A stretch of DNA of 63,901 bases, the filler included, from Reticulomyxa filosa (lineage: Eukaryota > Protista > Foraminifera): assembly GCA_000512085.1 (NCBI GenBank). It is 19 parts of 19 records of this genome, joined end to end, with 100 filler letters (N's around TTAATTAATTAA, not from the genome) between each part and the next. Parts side by side here need not be neighbours in the genome. Positions count along the whole stretch, not along the records: positions 35,397 to 44,246 come from ASPP01016583.1; positions 44,347 to 45,531 come from ASPP01024762.1; positions 45,632 to 46,703 come from ASPP01003836.1; positions 46,804 to 48,757 come from ASPP01026128.1; positions 48,858 to 52,782 come from ASPP01037318.1; positions 52,883 to 58,516 come from ASPP01018665.1; 13 more parts are not named here. One strand, 5' to 3'. The notes below the pieces were generated by a model. That model was not told the origin of the DNA. It saw only the letters and a program-made list of their open reading frames with translations, and did no database searches. The translations under genes were made by a program, and so were the position numbers. Positions 38,912 through 53,025 of the stretch are shown here, piece after piece (within the stretch, counting starts at the first letter, position 1; each line of letters starts with the position of its first letter).

Positions 38912-39943
38912 TTAGAAAGGTGTGACAGGGAAACGAGTGATTTTGCCTCTTGGAGGGAAGCGATAATGTTTTCTTCTTCCAAAATAACCCGAAGCAAAGC
39001 GACTGCCTCGTCCTCCTCGACTTGATGCCTGTGTGGAAGTGTCTGAGTTTTTCACCATACTCACTTTCAAATTTTTGTTGTTGCATTTGTTGCTGTTGCT
39101 ATACACTTGTTCGATAAAGGCCTCATCTTTGGCCCAAGGAGGCAGATTGGGGTTGTTCAATGGGTCTTCTTGTTCATTTGCTTGGTCGCTATATTCGTTG
39201 TCTTCATTTCCATCTGCGTCAGCATCTGCTTCTCCCAATATCATTGCGATCAACATTTTGTCCAGTTGTCGCGCTGCTCCATCGCCATTGTGCCCAAGTC
39301 TAATATGTGGCCGGGTCCACTCTGCCTTCCATTGCCTCCTCTGCAAATACTTCTCGCAAACTTAGGATGGCCTGACGAGTGTAGTATTATCTGTTTTCTT
39401 CCAAAAATCTAGTCGGATCACTGTTCAATCATCACAAAGACAAGAACATTCGATTATCTTTTTTGATTGACATATTTTTTTTTTTTTTTGTTTGTGACCA
39501 ATCAAAAAGTGTTTTTATGTATGTATTGGATAATATCTCCTGTTTGCATAATCGTAGTTCTACATCGCCAACGCGGTGTCCAATACCGTAACCGATGGAC
39601 CAGTCCACATAAGATAGTTTGTATATGATCCATGTAAAGTGATCTTCTCTGGAGATCGGTTCAGTGGGAAGTAGTAATGCTTCAGTCCCACTTTCGTCTC
39701 GTAGAAAAGGGCGCTTTGGATTCGGTCGGGCTTGGACGAGAGAATATGCCATAAAAGGTTTTGGAACTTGTCTATCAACTTGTAATATGTTGTACCCAAC
39801 GTAACTGCCACTATGACGGACAAATGTGGATAGCGAATGCACTTGTGATAGGGCTTGTCATCACATTCATCTAAGCTTTCGCGGTAAAAATTCAACCGAA
39901 GCTTAATTTGCTCTGATGAAGATAGCATAAAACAATTACACAT
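38912..39943 (-). pseudogene. Uncharacterised gene fragment, disrupted
   Basis: Protein-like ORFs 39560..39943 and 38912..39346 with an in-frame stop and an intron-like gap between them. No family recognised. Confidence 0.35.
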
Positions 39944-41749
39944 TTTTTTTTTTTTAACTAATGAATATTACTTCCCCCTAATCTCTACCCTTTGATGAAC
40001 TTTACGTGTTTTGCAATCAATAATTTCAAGTAAAAGATATTTACTAATTGATATTTTGTAAAAAAATGTTGTTGTAATAATAAATAAGAGATACAAATGA
40101 AGAAAACAATTAATTATTTCTAAACTACAAAACGAAACTCACCCAAAGAATTTTGTTACAAAAAAGTCAATTTACTGTTTCGATAAGGTACATGTGGATC
40201 TTTATTACGAATGGCGGCAATAACATTGCTCGAAGCGGACAAAAAGCGATTAATGCTCATTGCATCTGTCATTCGTTCACCAACTTCTCCAGATCTCTCA
40301 GTCAAGTCAATCAAATGCAATTTGCCAAGAATTTTCTTTTAAATTGATATGATATTATACGTAAATATGTATTTATGTACTTTTTTTGCATGTCTTTTTT
40401 TTTGTTGTTGGTAAATGGGCTATGTATTCAACAAACAATTACGTTTGATAAAAGAGGACCATGACAAGCTAATGAACGCAGCAACGCAACAGCACAACAA
40501 CAATATAACTCTAAAAAGGCGGATTTGGAGAATGATTATAGCAAATTTTTTTGTCTACAAATGCAAGGATAGCAATTTCGAAGAGATAAGAGAAATAGCA
40601 AGTGAGTTATCAGACGAAAAAATCATGCTTTTTTTTCTGCTGATAATAGTGACTTCGTTTCGAAAGAACATTTTGACAATGGCCTAGCGCCTTAAAACAG
40701 ATCTCAAACAGTACAACCTATTTTTTAAACAACAATTATTTTAAAGGTTTGGAATGCTATCAAGAAATCGTACACAGAATATGAAAAAGATCTTACTTAT
40801 GTTTATGAGAAAGTAATGAAGAAACTCGAAAAGGAAAAAAAAAGAGAATAAAAAAGTAGCCAATCAAAACCATAAGTGAACAGAAAAGGATAAAGATGAA
40901 AGAAAAAACATCAAGGAACAGTCTGACGGCAACAAAATAGAAACTAAACATTCGCATACATATCATAAATTCAGCATACCCAAATTTCTCAGATTGTCGA
41001 CAAAAATGCAGTCGACAGAAGAACTTGCCTATTATGACTATCAAATAAAATGGATAGCGGAATTTGGTAACATTTATGAATACTTCAGCCCATTGAGCGA
41101 AGGAAATTCAAAAAAATTTGTCTCTGCTTATGAAAAGAATTAAAAAAATATATGGCGAAGATCAATCAAAGCGAGAGTTGGAATTGAGCAAAGAATTTTT
41201 GAAAAAATCAAATGAAAGAATGGATAATGATAATCCATTGTTCTGTGTTATAGAAAAGTGTTTTAAAAGGAATTATTGTCAGAAAAGTAAAGCCAGTTCA
41301 ATATGATATTTTTATTTGGTGATTTTATCACACAAAGCTCAAAACTCGACCATTTGAAGTTGAAACAAGCAACGCAAAAAAATAATGAATTTGATATTCG
41401 TGGTAATGAAGAATTTGTATTCACGTATGGATTGGCCAACGATGAAATGGTGTTGGTGACTAGTGGAAGAAGCCAGAAAAGGGGAAAAATACAATGATAA
41501 CGACAAAAATAAGCAAACAATATGTGTGTAGTAAATAATACAATCAAAGTTGTATCCACAAAATTTTCTTATCTTCAATAAAAAAAATAGATAAAAAAAA
41601 GTGCAATACATATCAAATTAGCATTTGTGTATAAAAATTCGACAACCAGAAATGATGAAAGAATTCAAACAAAAAGCCAAGCAAATTGGAGTACATATAG
41701 TACATATTGGACAAATTTGGATCCAAACCAGAGTTTTATTCAAAGCTCA

Positions 41750-43320
41750 AATTCTCTATCTTATCCCCTTTCGCCTCATCACCTTCTTTCAAAGTTGTGA
41801 CATCTTCTTTATAACTGCAAAGTTACATCAAATCCATTCCAATCGCATTTAACAAGTCTATCGTCATATTAAAAAAAGCCACTCACTTGTTTGTCTATAG
41901 TGCATTGGCAAAATCAAAACAATCAAGATGGACGTGCACTTAACTTGTGCAACAGTTTACAATCGCAGTTGTTTCGTTTTTTCTTGCAACAGTAAGCTAT
42001 GCATTTCACGTCCACACAAGTTGCTCTTTGTTTATATTCATTATATATGCATATAGATATATAAAAATATATACATATATGTATATATATTATTCACAAA
42101 TGACCTCGTCATTGGAATCTCATAAACAGGTTGCTAATGGCGGGGAGGGATATGTAGGCCGCCATTAAAGTGCGCTTATTGCCATCTAGTGCATACTGTA
42201 TCAAGCGAGCGATTTTGTTATCTCGAAATTCTCGAAATGGTGCGTGCATGCACTTCAATCGAGGATTGCTCAAGGCAAGCAATCCACTGTTGATGACAAT
42301 GCCTTCAGTCAATCTGGCACCCACAGCACCTTTATTTTTTTGTTATTTCAATTTCTTTTAAAAAGGATAGTAAAAGGTATCAATAAAAAATTGACACCTG
42401 GTTTTTTGACACGTTCGGAGCTAACCAAATCAACAAAATGAAACTTGAATTGATGCAGATAGATTGTAAATACTATATGTGATCTTGACGACTCACTATT
42501 TATTTGTGTGCACGCTGTGGCTCGAGATGTGTTCCCTCGATCCAAGGCCTCGAGAATATCCATTACAGATGACATAGTTTTCAATTTCAATCCTTTTTTT
42601 AATTTTGTTTATTTTTTTTCTGAACTGAGCATTCAAAAAAAAGTAAGCATTTCTCAAACACACAATCCTTTGTATAAGACTTTTTTCTCTTTTTCTCAAA
42701 TAATTGAAACCTGGGATGTATATTCGGGGGTTGATGCTTTCCAGATCTGTGCGTTCACGGATTGTCAATGCCTTGGTGGCGTCTCGAGTCTCTTCGTTAG
42801 AGATTTCAATAAACGAACATTGAATTTGGTCAACTGTGTTTTTGTTCATCGTGTCGGTAAATTGAGTTTTTGAATAGCAAAATATGATAAACTACATTCT
42901 TCTTGCGATTTTACATCATCACATCTCATTGTTCCCATTGTATATGTTTTTTCTGGACCCTTTTTTTTTTTTGATAAATAATTAAGAACAATAAAGTTTT
43001 TTTGATAGTATCATTTTTTTTAACGCCTTTTTATCAAATATCCTGTCTCAAAAAAAAAATTCTTTAGATTTTCGATGGAATTAAAATAATTCCAACAGTA
43101 AAAAAATTTTTTTTTGTTTTTGCCAAACCGTTTGCCCATAAGCAATGATTGTAGCATCGTACCTATCCAAAATGAATTCACTAGTGGTCGGACAGCGGTT
43201 CAAAAGATAGCAGTGAATAGTGTAATTAGCTTTGACAGCGCTAATACTATGAGACTATCAAAACAATTTAAGTGTGCAAATACCACAAATACTTTTGTAA
43301 TATAAGCGAATAAATGGATA
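41750..43320 (-). pseudogene. Kinesin motor-domain pseudogene (kinesin-4/KIF21/KIF27-like)
   Basis: YDATIIAYGQT|GPEKTYTMGT (decayed P-loop), CSFIEISNE, NSESSRSHIVFTI, KFHFVDLVSSERVKK (decayed DLAGSE), EGIVINSGLLALSN, RDNKIARLIQYALDGNKRTLM. Frameshifts are present and introns are retained. Confidence 0.9.
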
Positions 43321-43499
43321 TATTAATTTTCTCAACTGTAAAAAATTGCAAATTATTCTATTTTCTTTCATTCATGTATAAATTTTGGGCGGTGCTGTAA
43401 GTTTCCACAATAAAAATTAATTAGTATGTAAGGAGATGCTTTTTAACATAGCTTAACTCAAAAACAACAATGATAAAAAAACAGAGACAATTTAACAAA

Positions 43500-44246
43500 C
43501 TTTTGTAAAGTTTAAGCATGGGCTTGTGTGCTCGAATGATTCCAATGCCATTTGCAACAGCAACTTCAGGGCCAATTGTATCTTCAAATTCTGGAGTGTC
43601 ATAAGCACGACACTGTCTTTCTCAGTAAATAACTCATCTCCTTTAAATCGATTGAAGCAGCTGTGGTGACAACGTTTTATATAGCTTTGTTTTGGACTTT
43701 GATAAGAGCGATATGAGTTCTATTATCTACAATTTGTTTTTACATCTTTAATCCAAAGGAAGTGTATTAACGTGGATTTACCATTACTCGTGCCTCCATG
43801 AAACAAAATTACATGCTTATCTGTAATTTCTGTAGCAATTTCATCCACCTTGCTTATCAACTTTAATGTCTCTTGTAGTTGAATTCTTCTTTCTCTTTGC
43901 CAACTCAATACCCATTTTTGCACTCTTCTTATTTTCCTTCATCCATTGGTATATTCTTTAGTCCGTACTCGTTCTTACTTTTTTGGCACCGTTTGCATTG
44001 ACTACTGACAATTGCAAACAATATATATCGCTGCCACAACACTAAATCCTCCAAACTGCCTTCAAATCTTTTCCATTTCGTATCGCTTTTTCGTTTTATC
44101 GTCTTGTAAACGCTCACTAAAAGACATTTTCACTAATTCTTTTAACTCCGCAAAATGTTGCTCACAATTTTCTGTGTTGGAAAAATTTGGAATATTCACT
44201 TTTCTAAGACACCATGCCATTTGCTTGTCTTCTTTTAAAATAATTA
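43500..44246 (-). pseudogene. P-loop GTPase (MMR_HSR1/AIG1-like) pseudogene
   Basis: VILFHGGTSNGKSTLIHFL (G1) and YDTPEFEDTIGPEVAVANGIGIIRA (decayed G3 DTPG) lie in different frames, with stops. Confidence 0.75.
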
Positions 44247-45659
44247 NNNNNNNNNNNNNNNNNNNNNNNNNNNNNNNNNNNNNNNNNNNNTTAATTAATT
44301 AANNNNNNNNNNNNNNNNNNNNNNNNNNNNNNNNNNNNNNNNNNNNATCAATGTTATTGAGAACATTGTTTGTGTTTACACTCTGAATTACCAGTTTTGA
44401 TAACAATCACTTTTTTTTTTTTTTTTTTTTGGAAATAAAAAATGTTTTCAACAAATGAAATATATTCGTTCTTTTTTTGCCAAGTACAGCCAAACAAAAT
44501 TGTGAACAATAAACTTCTTTTTATTTTTTTCTTGAGATTGTCATAATTAAATTGACAAAACAACTCATAATTATAAATTGGGCAAACAAATAAATAAAAA
44601 TCTTTTTTTGAATTGAAAAATATAAAACAAAAAAATAATGAGTTGAAGAGTTCCTTAAAAAGGGTCTAGTTCCAGATTTTTTCTTTTTTTGACATTGTTC
44701 ATAAATTTTAAAATGTAACAACTTCTCTGATTACGTTTGGCTCTCAATATATCTTTGCACTTAGGTCGGCCCCCTTTTTTTTTGAGAAAAAAAGAGTCGC
44801 CTTGTTTTGCCAGCAATAGTGTTGTTTGTAAAGCATGCACTTTTACCTTCAAAGAGATTTTGGGGAGAAGGAAACATGGGATTAGGCCTCTAAAATACGG
44901 ATTGGGTAAGAGGGGGAACAAGGAACAAGAAAGGGGATCAGAGGTTCATGTATGGAGATGTTTCTCGTTTGTTGCTTGAGTAAAAAGATTGCCACTCAGT
45001 TGATTACTTCGTAATATTGCCGTATCTCTCGCCTGAAATAAAAAAGTCAGCTCACCGTTTTTGTTTTTTTTCTAAAAAAAAACAGTGTTGAAAAGATTAA
45101 AGACAGACATTATCCATTAGACACTTGTTTAAGCAGCCCAACATGTATGGAAACATCTTTCTTTTCAATTTTCATTTTTTTGTTGTAGGTTTCATTTGGT
45201 GAAGATCTTTGTTGGGTTTAATGATACAAAAAAATCTGAAAAAGCTATTCTTTCATTTAACAATATTTCATGTGAAGCAAGCCAAAAAAATCAAAATCGT
45301 ACACATAAAAAAGAATGCCAGTGGTTATCACAAACAAATCGATATGAACTTTCTTAGAATACCCCAAAAGAAAGAAGTGCAAGACATTGCACAAACTCAC
45401 CTAAAAGAAAATTTATTTCTATTGCAATGCTAAATTGCAAAATTGATAATCAATTTTTCACATTTACCGGAACTGATATTCTGTGTAAAGTAATTCAATT
45501 TATTGTATTACTCATCATTACAAAAAATTCANNNNNNNNNNNNNNNNNNNNNNNNNNNNNNNNNNNNNNNNNNNNTTAATTAATTAANNNNNNNNNNNNN
45601 NNNNNNNNNNNNNNNNNNNNNNNNNNNNNNNAAAATATAAAAAAATATTAAAAAATACA

Positions 45660-46664
45660 AAAATATAAAAATATATACCTTTATATTGTGAAGAATGAGG
45701 TTTTAATATTTTCCTCATCTTCACTTTTTCTTCTTTTTCAATTTTCAATTTTTCATAATATTTGCCAAGTTCAGCTTTGGTCCCTCCTGAACAAAAAAAA
45801 ATATCATCAATTTAATGTTCATGTTCAATAAAAGATTATGACAATGAACATTACTAAACTTTCTGTTATCCTTTTCTTCATATTAATCTCTTTCTTCATC
45901 AAGCAATTCTCTTTCTTCATGATCTGTTCGACTAAGTTTGGCTTGTGGGTCTTGGCTCGTTGTTCCTGTCGGCATCGTTGAACTGGACGATTTGATCGAT
46001 TTTTGAACTTTGGTGGCGACGCTATCTTTAGCGATACTTCCAATAATGTCTTTGATGATAGCGATGTTCTCTTCGCTGGCGGCGGTGTTCTTGGTGGAGT
46101 CGACATAGCTGGAGATATAAATCGTCTTTGTTCGACTTGGTAATCAATCATTGGCGATAGTGGATTATCTATATATTTGGTATGTTGATTTTCGATTTGT
46201 ATGTTGTTTTTTTTAATTATAATATAGCATTGTTATGAAACACAAAATAAAATAACTTTTCTCAGGTCGATGTGGAGTAATATCTTTCATTGGTGCAGGT
46301 GTCGCAAAGAATGTATCTTTGACATATTCAGTATATGATTGATCTATTTGTATTTGTATTTTTTGGTGATATTATTATAAACAAAAAAAACAAAAAAAAA
46401 AAAAACAAATCAAAATAAATAACTTCTTTTATGTTGACGCGGTGTATCAATTTGCATAGGTGTTGGTGGCGATGCGTCAATTTTAATAGATCTTGGCGAT
46501 GGACTATCTATCTCAATAGATCTTGGTGATCCATTATCTATTTCCATCGATCTTGATTGTGGATAATCAATTTCCATAGATATTAATGATGGAGTTTGCA
46601 ATATATTATCTTCGTCAATGTATGCATCTCCATTATTCGGCACACAAGTATCCATGTCTATTCA

Positions 46665-46703
<39 letters not shown>
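45660..46703 (-). CDS. S/P-rich protein fragment with 10-aa repeats (SPRSxEID), multi-exon
   Basis: ORFs 46410..46655 and 45825..46151, with a 30-bp tandem unit at about 46450-46590. Confidence 0.55.
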
Positions 46704-46903
46704 NNNNNNNNNNNNNNNNNNNNNNNNNNNNNNNNNNNNNNNNNNNNTTAATTAATTAANNNNNNNNNNNNNNNNNNNNNNNNNNNNNNNNNNNNNNNNN
46801 NNNTTTTTTCTTTCCTTTCAAATACACTTGTTTGTGTCTTTCGTATGTGTGTGTTTGTGTGAACTACACAATATATTACATTGGATACGTGGATGTTGTA
46901 TAG

Positions 46904-47885
46904 GTGACATATTTGTCGCGTCAGGACAGATTATTAGCGTATGGACAATCAACGGAGAATTATTGGCATATGTCGTAACCGGGCAATCTGTTCATCACAG
47001 CGTATCTTGCATGTCTGTGAATAATCTACGTGATTGGCAGTCTAGTTCCTCCTGCGTGTTGATAACTGGACACAAAGACGGGTCATTGCGATTTTGGTCG
47101 TTGGCAATTCCAAATGGCGCAAAAGAGGTGTTGGATCAAAAGCGTGTGACAGCTATGATAAACCACCAAACAAAGATCGCGGATGACAGTGAAAGCACTG
47201 TCGAAATTAGCAAACTGTTTTCCCCAAAATTGCCGTCTTACCAAAAACGAAGAATGGCACCAGAATTAAATGTACATAAATATAACAGCAAATATAACGC
47301 TGATTACAACAGTACGTCACTCAAACAATTGGCAGGTGACACGACTTTGCGATTCAAGCCAATGTGTACCAAGTCCAAAAAACAAGTCAAACCCATTACA
47401 CAAATTCATGCGTCAACATCCACACATCAATTCTTATGGACTGGAGACGCGGAAGGAAAGATAATACAATGGGAAATTCGGACAGGTTTTTTCTCTTTTT
47501 CATTTTATGTTTTTGTTTGTTTGTGGGTTAAAAATTTATATGTGCCGGCGAGATTCAAACAATTGAATTGGTGTTCAAATTAACGCTAAAAATAGTGGCA
47601 GAACACTGGGCCGACGACAAAGATTTCACTATTTGTCCAAAGTGCGAGAAGATTTTTTCAGTCATTGAAAGAAAGCATCACTGCAGAAAATGTGGACAAA
47701 TCTTTTGTCACAGTTGTTCGAGTAATAGGGTAGTGCTGCCAGAAATGGGCTTTGGAGAGCCGGTCAGGGTCTGCGACTTTTGCTGGGAAAGACTTCAAGG
47801 ATCTGATGCTATTGCATCAAGTGGATTATCAACTGATCTTCACGTATTGAGTAACGAAATGGAGGAGTTCCCTCAAATCCAATAA
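46904..47885 (+). CDS. WD40-FYVE C-terminus of a WDFY3/ALFY-like BEACH protein; exons 46904-47485, 47596-47885
   Basis: ISVWTINGELLA and LITGHKDGSLRFW are WD40 segments typical of BEACH proteins. The FYVE domain is complete: HWADD..CPKC..F..RKHHCRKCGQIFCHSC..VRVCDFC. Confidence 0.85.
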
Positions 47886-50059
47886 ACTTATCACTGTTCA
47901 TCTTTTTTCTAGTTTTTGTTTTGTGTTTTTGGTCGTTTTTGGGTATATCCAGTGCCGGTTTTTGTTAAATCTTTGTCTTTTTTTCTTTTATAAAAAGCAG
48001 AAATATGCTTGGTTTTGTGTAGTGAAAACTTGAGTTTTTTGTTTTGTGTGTATTTCAATATCTTTTGTTTGAAATTCACAATATTGCACAATTCAAAACC
48101 TCTGAAATTGTTTGTCATTCATAAAAATGTTCGAAGTGTCACAAATTTGCAATTGACTAATTTTCTTAAACTTTAGTGTTTAAAACTTTTATTGATCTTA
48201 AGGATTGGAACGAACAAAGTTTCAATCTTACCAAGATGAAAATCTCTAAACAGAAGGTTTATGTGACAAAAGCATTGAAAGATGTTCAGACAAAAAACAT
48301 CTCAAACTTGTAAGGTTTTTCACGTTGTCAAGTGTTTTTCTCAGTAACGAAACAGAAACTTCAGGTCAACTGTTATTGATAAGTGCCATTTCCGTCATTC
48401 AATCTGATATTGTGGTTTGTGACTGAAACAGTCAGAAGATGAAGATATCAAATTAATTATTCTGCATCGGATTCGAATACAGTAAGTTGCAAAGAAAACT
48501 GAACTCCTAAAACAACATTTAGACCTAATTTTATTTTTATTTAAAAAAATATCTGCAAAGCTTGTAGTTTTTATATTTTAATTTTATTTTTTTATTTTTA
48601 TTTTTATTTTTTATTGGCGTCCTTTTTTTTTTTGTGATATATTAAATATTAAAATTTTAATCATTCGGCATACAAAGAGAATAAACTGGAATAAAAGAAT
48701 ATGATTTTTCTCAACTACTAATGATACAAGCATAATTTTTTTAAAAAAAAGTATCTANNNNNNNNNNNNNNNNNNNNNNNNNNNNNNNNNNNNNNNNNNN
48801 NTTAATTAATTAANNNNNNNNNNNNNNNNNNNNNNNNNNNNNNNNNNNNNNNNNNNNTTTTTTTTTTTGTAAACTGATATCTTGGATACGTAGACACTAT
48901 TGCAACGCATTGTTATATCACTTAAAAACTATTTTTTTATGTGTCACAAAATCCAATGTAAAGAGATATATTATGCTAAAAAGCACAAACATAAAAGTTC
49001 ACAGCTGAATAGTACCATTGTAGAGATCCATTTGATCATTTTTTTTGAATATTTTTAGTTTAAAACTGTGAATTAAAACCAAAAGAAAATTACATCAAGA
49101 GCAAGAATTAGCACATTCACTTTGTTCGATAGCTTTCTTTGTTTTTTTCATTCGTATTGTTGTTTGCTTTGGATTTGTTGTAATATTTTTGAAATAATAT
49201 CTTGGGCTAGCTGTTCAATACATGAGCTTCAAAAACAAACAAAATTTTCAAATACCTTTAAAAGATTTCAACATTTTTAAAAAAAAAGAGATGAAAAATA
49301 GAAAACAAAAATGATTCAAAGTTTGTGCAGCTAAATTATCGCTGGTTCAAGTGTCTAGCATAGTGGTAGTTATATTATACGTAAGTGAATTAGCTTTAAC
49401 ATCACTAATATATCTGTCACAATGCCAATTGTCTTGATCTTATATATTCTTTTACTTGGTGTAGAACAAGAAAATATATTTTGAAATTTCACTTTTTCAT
49501 ATATTAGTAGTCAAGTAACAAGTGATATATAATTTCTCTTATCAAAATAGGTCATGCAAAACATATTTATACTTTTTTTGACTTAATAAGACCAAACTTG
49601 GCAAAAACAACGCAGATGCTTTCGCAATTGCTCACAATTCTAAAAGCTGTAAACATTGGATTCATCATCTATGTACTTACATTAACGTGAGGCTCCATGA
49701 CAGATACAAAGATAAAAAAAATGGAACTACGTCACCAATTTGTATTCATTTTTTGGTCAAATTTTAGTTAAATGAAATAATTCAATAACGCAATAGTCAA
49801 TTGTACGTATTTAATTAAAAAAATAGTTTTTTATTTATTTTAATAAAAGTGGTTTATTTTTAAAAAACACGTCCAAAAAATAAAAAATAACCTACATTAA
49901 AAAAATGAACCAAAATCGCGTATAAGTAATTTTATATAAATATTAAGATATCTTTCGCATTTTTATAAAAAAATTTGATTTATAGTTATCGTGCGCTGTA
50001 AATTTGCTCATTTCTAAAAAAGAAAGTAATTACAAAAATATTAAAACAATTGAAAACTA

Positions 50060-50910
50060 ATGTTTCTCAAAAGCATTGTGAAGAATGTGGCGAAAAATTG
50101 GAAAACAAAGAAATCGATCTATTGGCAGATAAGTACAAAACATGGGGAGACAAAAGAAACCAACGAGAGGTTATTTTCATAAGTGGTTTACCTTTTGGGA
50201 CGGCAGCCTTTCATTAAGAAAAATTTTTACCGATTTTGAAAAGGTTACGAACATTCATTTGGAAACTGCAAGTTTTGTTTTTTTAGAAACAGCTTCTTTT
50301 TTTTAAAGAAACATTTTTTTGCTTTGTTGAGCAATTTTTTTGTTTCTGTTTTTTTTTTGTTTCTCCCCAGATGTTATAATTATGTTTAAATGAAAAACTT
50401 TGAGACGGAATGTGATGTAGTATACGTATGTACGTATGTGTGAGAAAGACAATAGTGAGAAAAAGCCAAAAAATATACGGTAAATGGAATTTGCAAAAGT
50501 ATGGATCGAATTCGAAGATAAAAAAATGATAAAGTTAGTGGTAATAGTAAATGGACACATGTGGAATATGAAATATCTGAAGGGATTCAAATGGCATCAT
50601 TTGCTAGAACATAAGGAGCAAATGCGAGCGCAAAAATTTGAAAAGGCCATTCCTGATGCACAAACAAGCCAACTACTTTAAGTAGGAAATTAAAAATATT
50701 ATCGATATGGCGCAAAAAGCACAAAACAAAGACTTGGATACATTCATGTTAAGGTGCTGCAGCTGATGTAATTACTCTGAGAGATAAACACAAAAGCTGA
50801 TGATGAATCAGTACCACTAACAAAAAACAGAAACTAATGAATCAAAGAAAATGCAAAATCGAAAAGTCGGGTTTACTCGAAGAGTAAATTCTATCGAAAA
50901 AATCTTGTAA
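50060..50910 (+). pseudogene. ESF2: ESF2/ABT1 pre-rRNA processing factor pseudogene
   Basis: [26 protein letters not shown] and [17 protein letters not shown] match the ABT1/Esf2 RRM. Stops are present and the segment between the last two motifs appears deleted. Confidence 0.75.
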
Positions 50911-51942
50911 GCGACTGATTTTTGTTGATATTTCATCACTTGAATAGTTTTGTATATCTTCTATTTTTTTGCCGCTTTTTTAAATTGTTGTTGCTATTGA
51001 AGGTTATTGTCAACAGAAATTGACAAAAAGGGAAATTGATATTAATGTAAAAAAAGTAGTTTATATCTAACGCAAGCATCTTTAACAACAAGAGGCAATA
51101 TTTTTATTTTTTTAAATAGAAGCAAATCATCATCTACGTACAGCAGTTTTCAATAGACGTGTATCTTTGTTGCAAGATTAATACGTAACTCACTTGCTTA
51201 TTTTCAAAAAAATCTTGCACTTTTTTAAAATTTATTTACTTTTTGGTGTAATAATCCCATTTCAAATGAATGTTGCATTTCAAGTCATTTGTTGTAACTA
51301 CCAACATTTGATCTTTAGCATTCTTTTGCTGTGACAATATTTTTTCGTACATATAGTGATCAACACAATGGAATGCAAACGTTGACTCCTCATTCGTCCA
51401 TTTGATAGATTGATTTTGCATAAAAGACAGTGGCGATAATTATGACGACGAGATAGTCGAAGAGCGATTGTCTGTGTGCTTTGCTATTCGATTTGAATGA
51501 GTCCATCTGTATACATAACGCACACAAATTGTCAACAATATGGTTCTCGGATCGATCAAAGTCTCTTTTATATAGTTACAACGGTAGACTTAATAACATG
51601 ATCCTTGAATTTTGCACAAATTTTCAAGGATACGATGAAAGAAACGCTGAAAAGTTTAGATTCATTAAAGGATAATTCTTTCCATTTACATTTGATTGTA
51701 ATAATTGATCTACTTGATGTTTATTGAAATTATTGTTGTTTAAGCTGCACAATTTGAATTTACCATTTTCATTGGACTTTGTTTCGATCATTTTAAAAAT
51801 TACTTTGTCTTTACATGAGATAATAGAATCTTTTTTAACAGCTACCCTTTTGAGTTTTTTTGATAACCCTTCCTTTGATCTTGAAAAAAGTTCATCTTAC
51901 CTCTGGACGATCTCAATAGAGAAAACAAAAAAGGAGTAAAAG

Positions 51943-52782
51943 ATGACCACTATTAACAATGAAAAACAAACTTCAACGCAACTCTCATTGGTAAGTGTCA
52001 GATCTTTTCGAAAGACAGTTACATTTGAGTTTTTATTATATTGATTTCATAAATTATGATTGAATAGTCAGAAGAAGAAAAGATTCAAATAATTGTCCAA
52101 CATTGGATTCGAATATTAAACATTAAATTAGGATGGATCCATGATTTTGACAAACTTTTGTCAATTATGTTATGTTGTTTGTTTATTTGTTTTTCATTAT
52201 ATGTTTAAATATTATTTGATTTTATTATTTGTTATTATCATTTAACACAGGCAACCACAATTTTAATGTTTGAGATATTTTATCCATTATCTAAATTACT
52301 TAAAACATTAAATGTGCATACCAATATTGTATGGAGTATTGACAATTCAACACTTGATAATAGTCAATTCATTTGTTCTGGGTCAAGGGATAACACAGTT
52401 CGTGTATGGGACTTGGAGAATAACAAACAAATTCAATCATTCAATGGACATTCAGGTGATATATATTGTGTAAAATTTTCACCATATCATAATCACTATC
52501 GCAGTGTAATTTGTTCTTCGTCACTTGACCGAACAATTCGTTTTTGGGATTTTAAACATAATCAGCAATTGCAAGTATTCAATGGGCACACTGGATATGT
52601 TGCTGGAATTGAATTTTCATCATTTAGTAGTGGTCGATATCTGTGTTCTGGATCTGATGACAAAACTGTTCGTTTATGGGATATTGAAACGTCCGAAGCA
52701 TCACACATTTTTAAAGGACATACAAATACTGTTCGATGTGTGGATATTTCACCATTGCAAAGCAATAGCAATAACAGCGATT
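51943..52782 (+). CDS. WD40-repeat protein of the lineage-expanded foraminiferan family; 3' partial, possibly frameshifted
   Basis: N-terminal EEEKIQIIVQHWIRILNIKLGWIHDFDK, then WD repeats ICSGSRDNTVRVWD, FNGH, ICSSSLDRTIRFWD and LCSGSDDKTVRLWD. There is an apparent 1-nt loss near 52157. Confidence 0.9.
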
Positions 52783-52882
52783 NNNNNNNNNNNNNNNNNN
52801 NNNNNNNNNNNNNNNNNNNNNNNNNNTTAATTAATTAANNNNNNNNNNNNNNNNNNNNNNNNNNNNNNNNNNNNNNNNNNNN

Positions 52883-52943
52883 AAATCAATCATCTCTATA
52901 AGGTGCCATTTTAGGTGTCAACTTTACTTTGCATTCTACTGTA
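52883..52943 (-). mobile_element. Terminal inverted repeat of the same Tc1/mariner/pogo-type element, inserted in a (TA)n run
   Basis: The minus strand reads TA|CAGTAGAATGCAAAGTAAAGTTGACACCTAAAATGGCACCTTATAGAGATGATTGATTT. Confidence 0.85.
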
Positions 52944-52962
52944 TATATATATTTTTTTTTTT

Positions 52963-53025
52963 TTTCAATACATTCATTCCAAAGACATTATTTACAGAGA
53001 CCTCAAACCAGAAAATATTACGCTT
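52963..53025 (+). pseudogene. AGC/PKA-like protein kinase fragment (subdomain VI)
   Basis: FQYIHSKDIIYRDLKPENI with no intact continuation. Confidence 0.7.
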
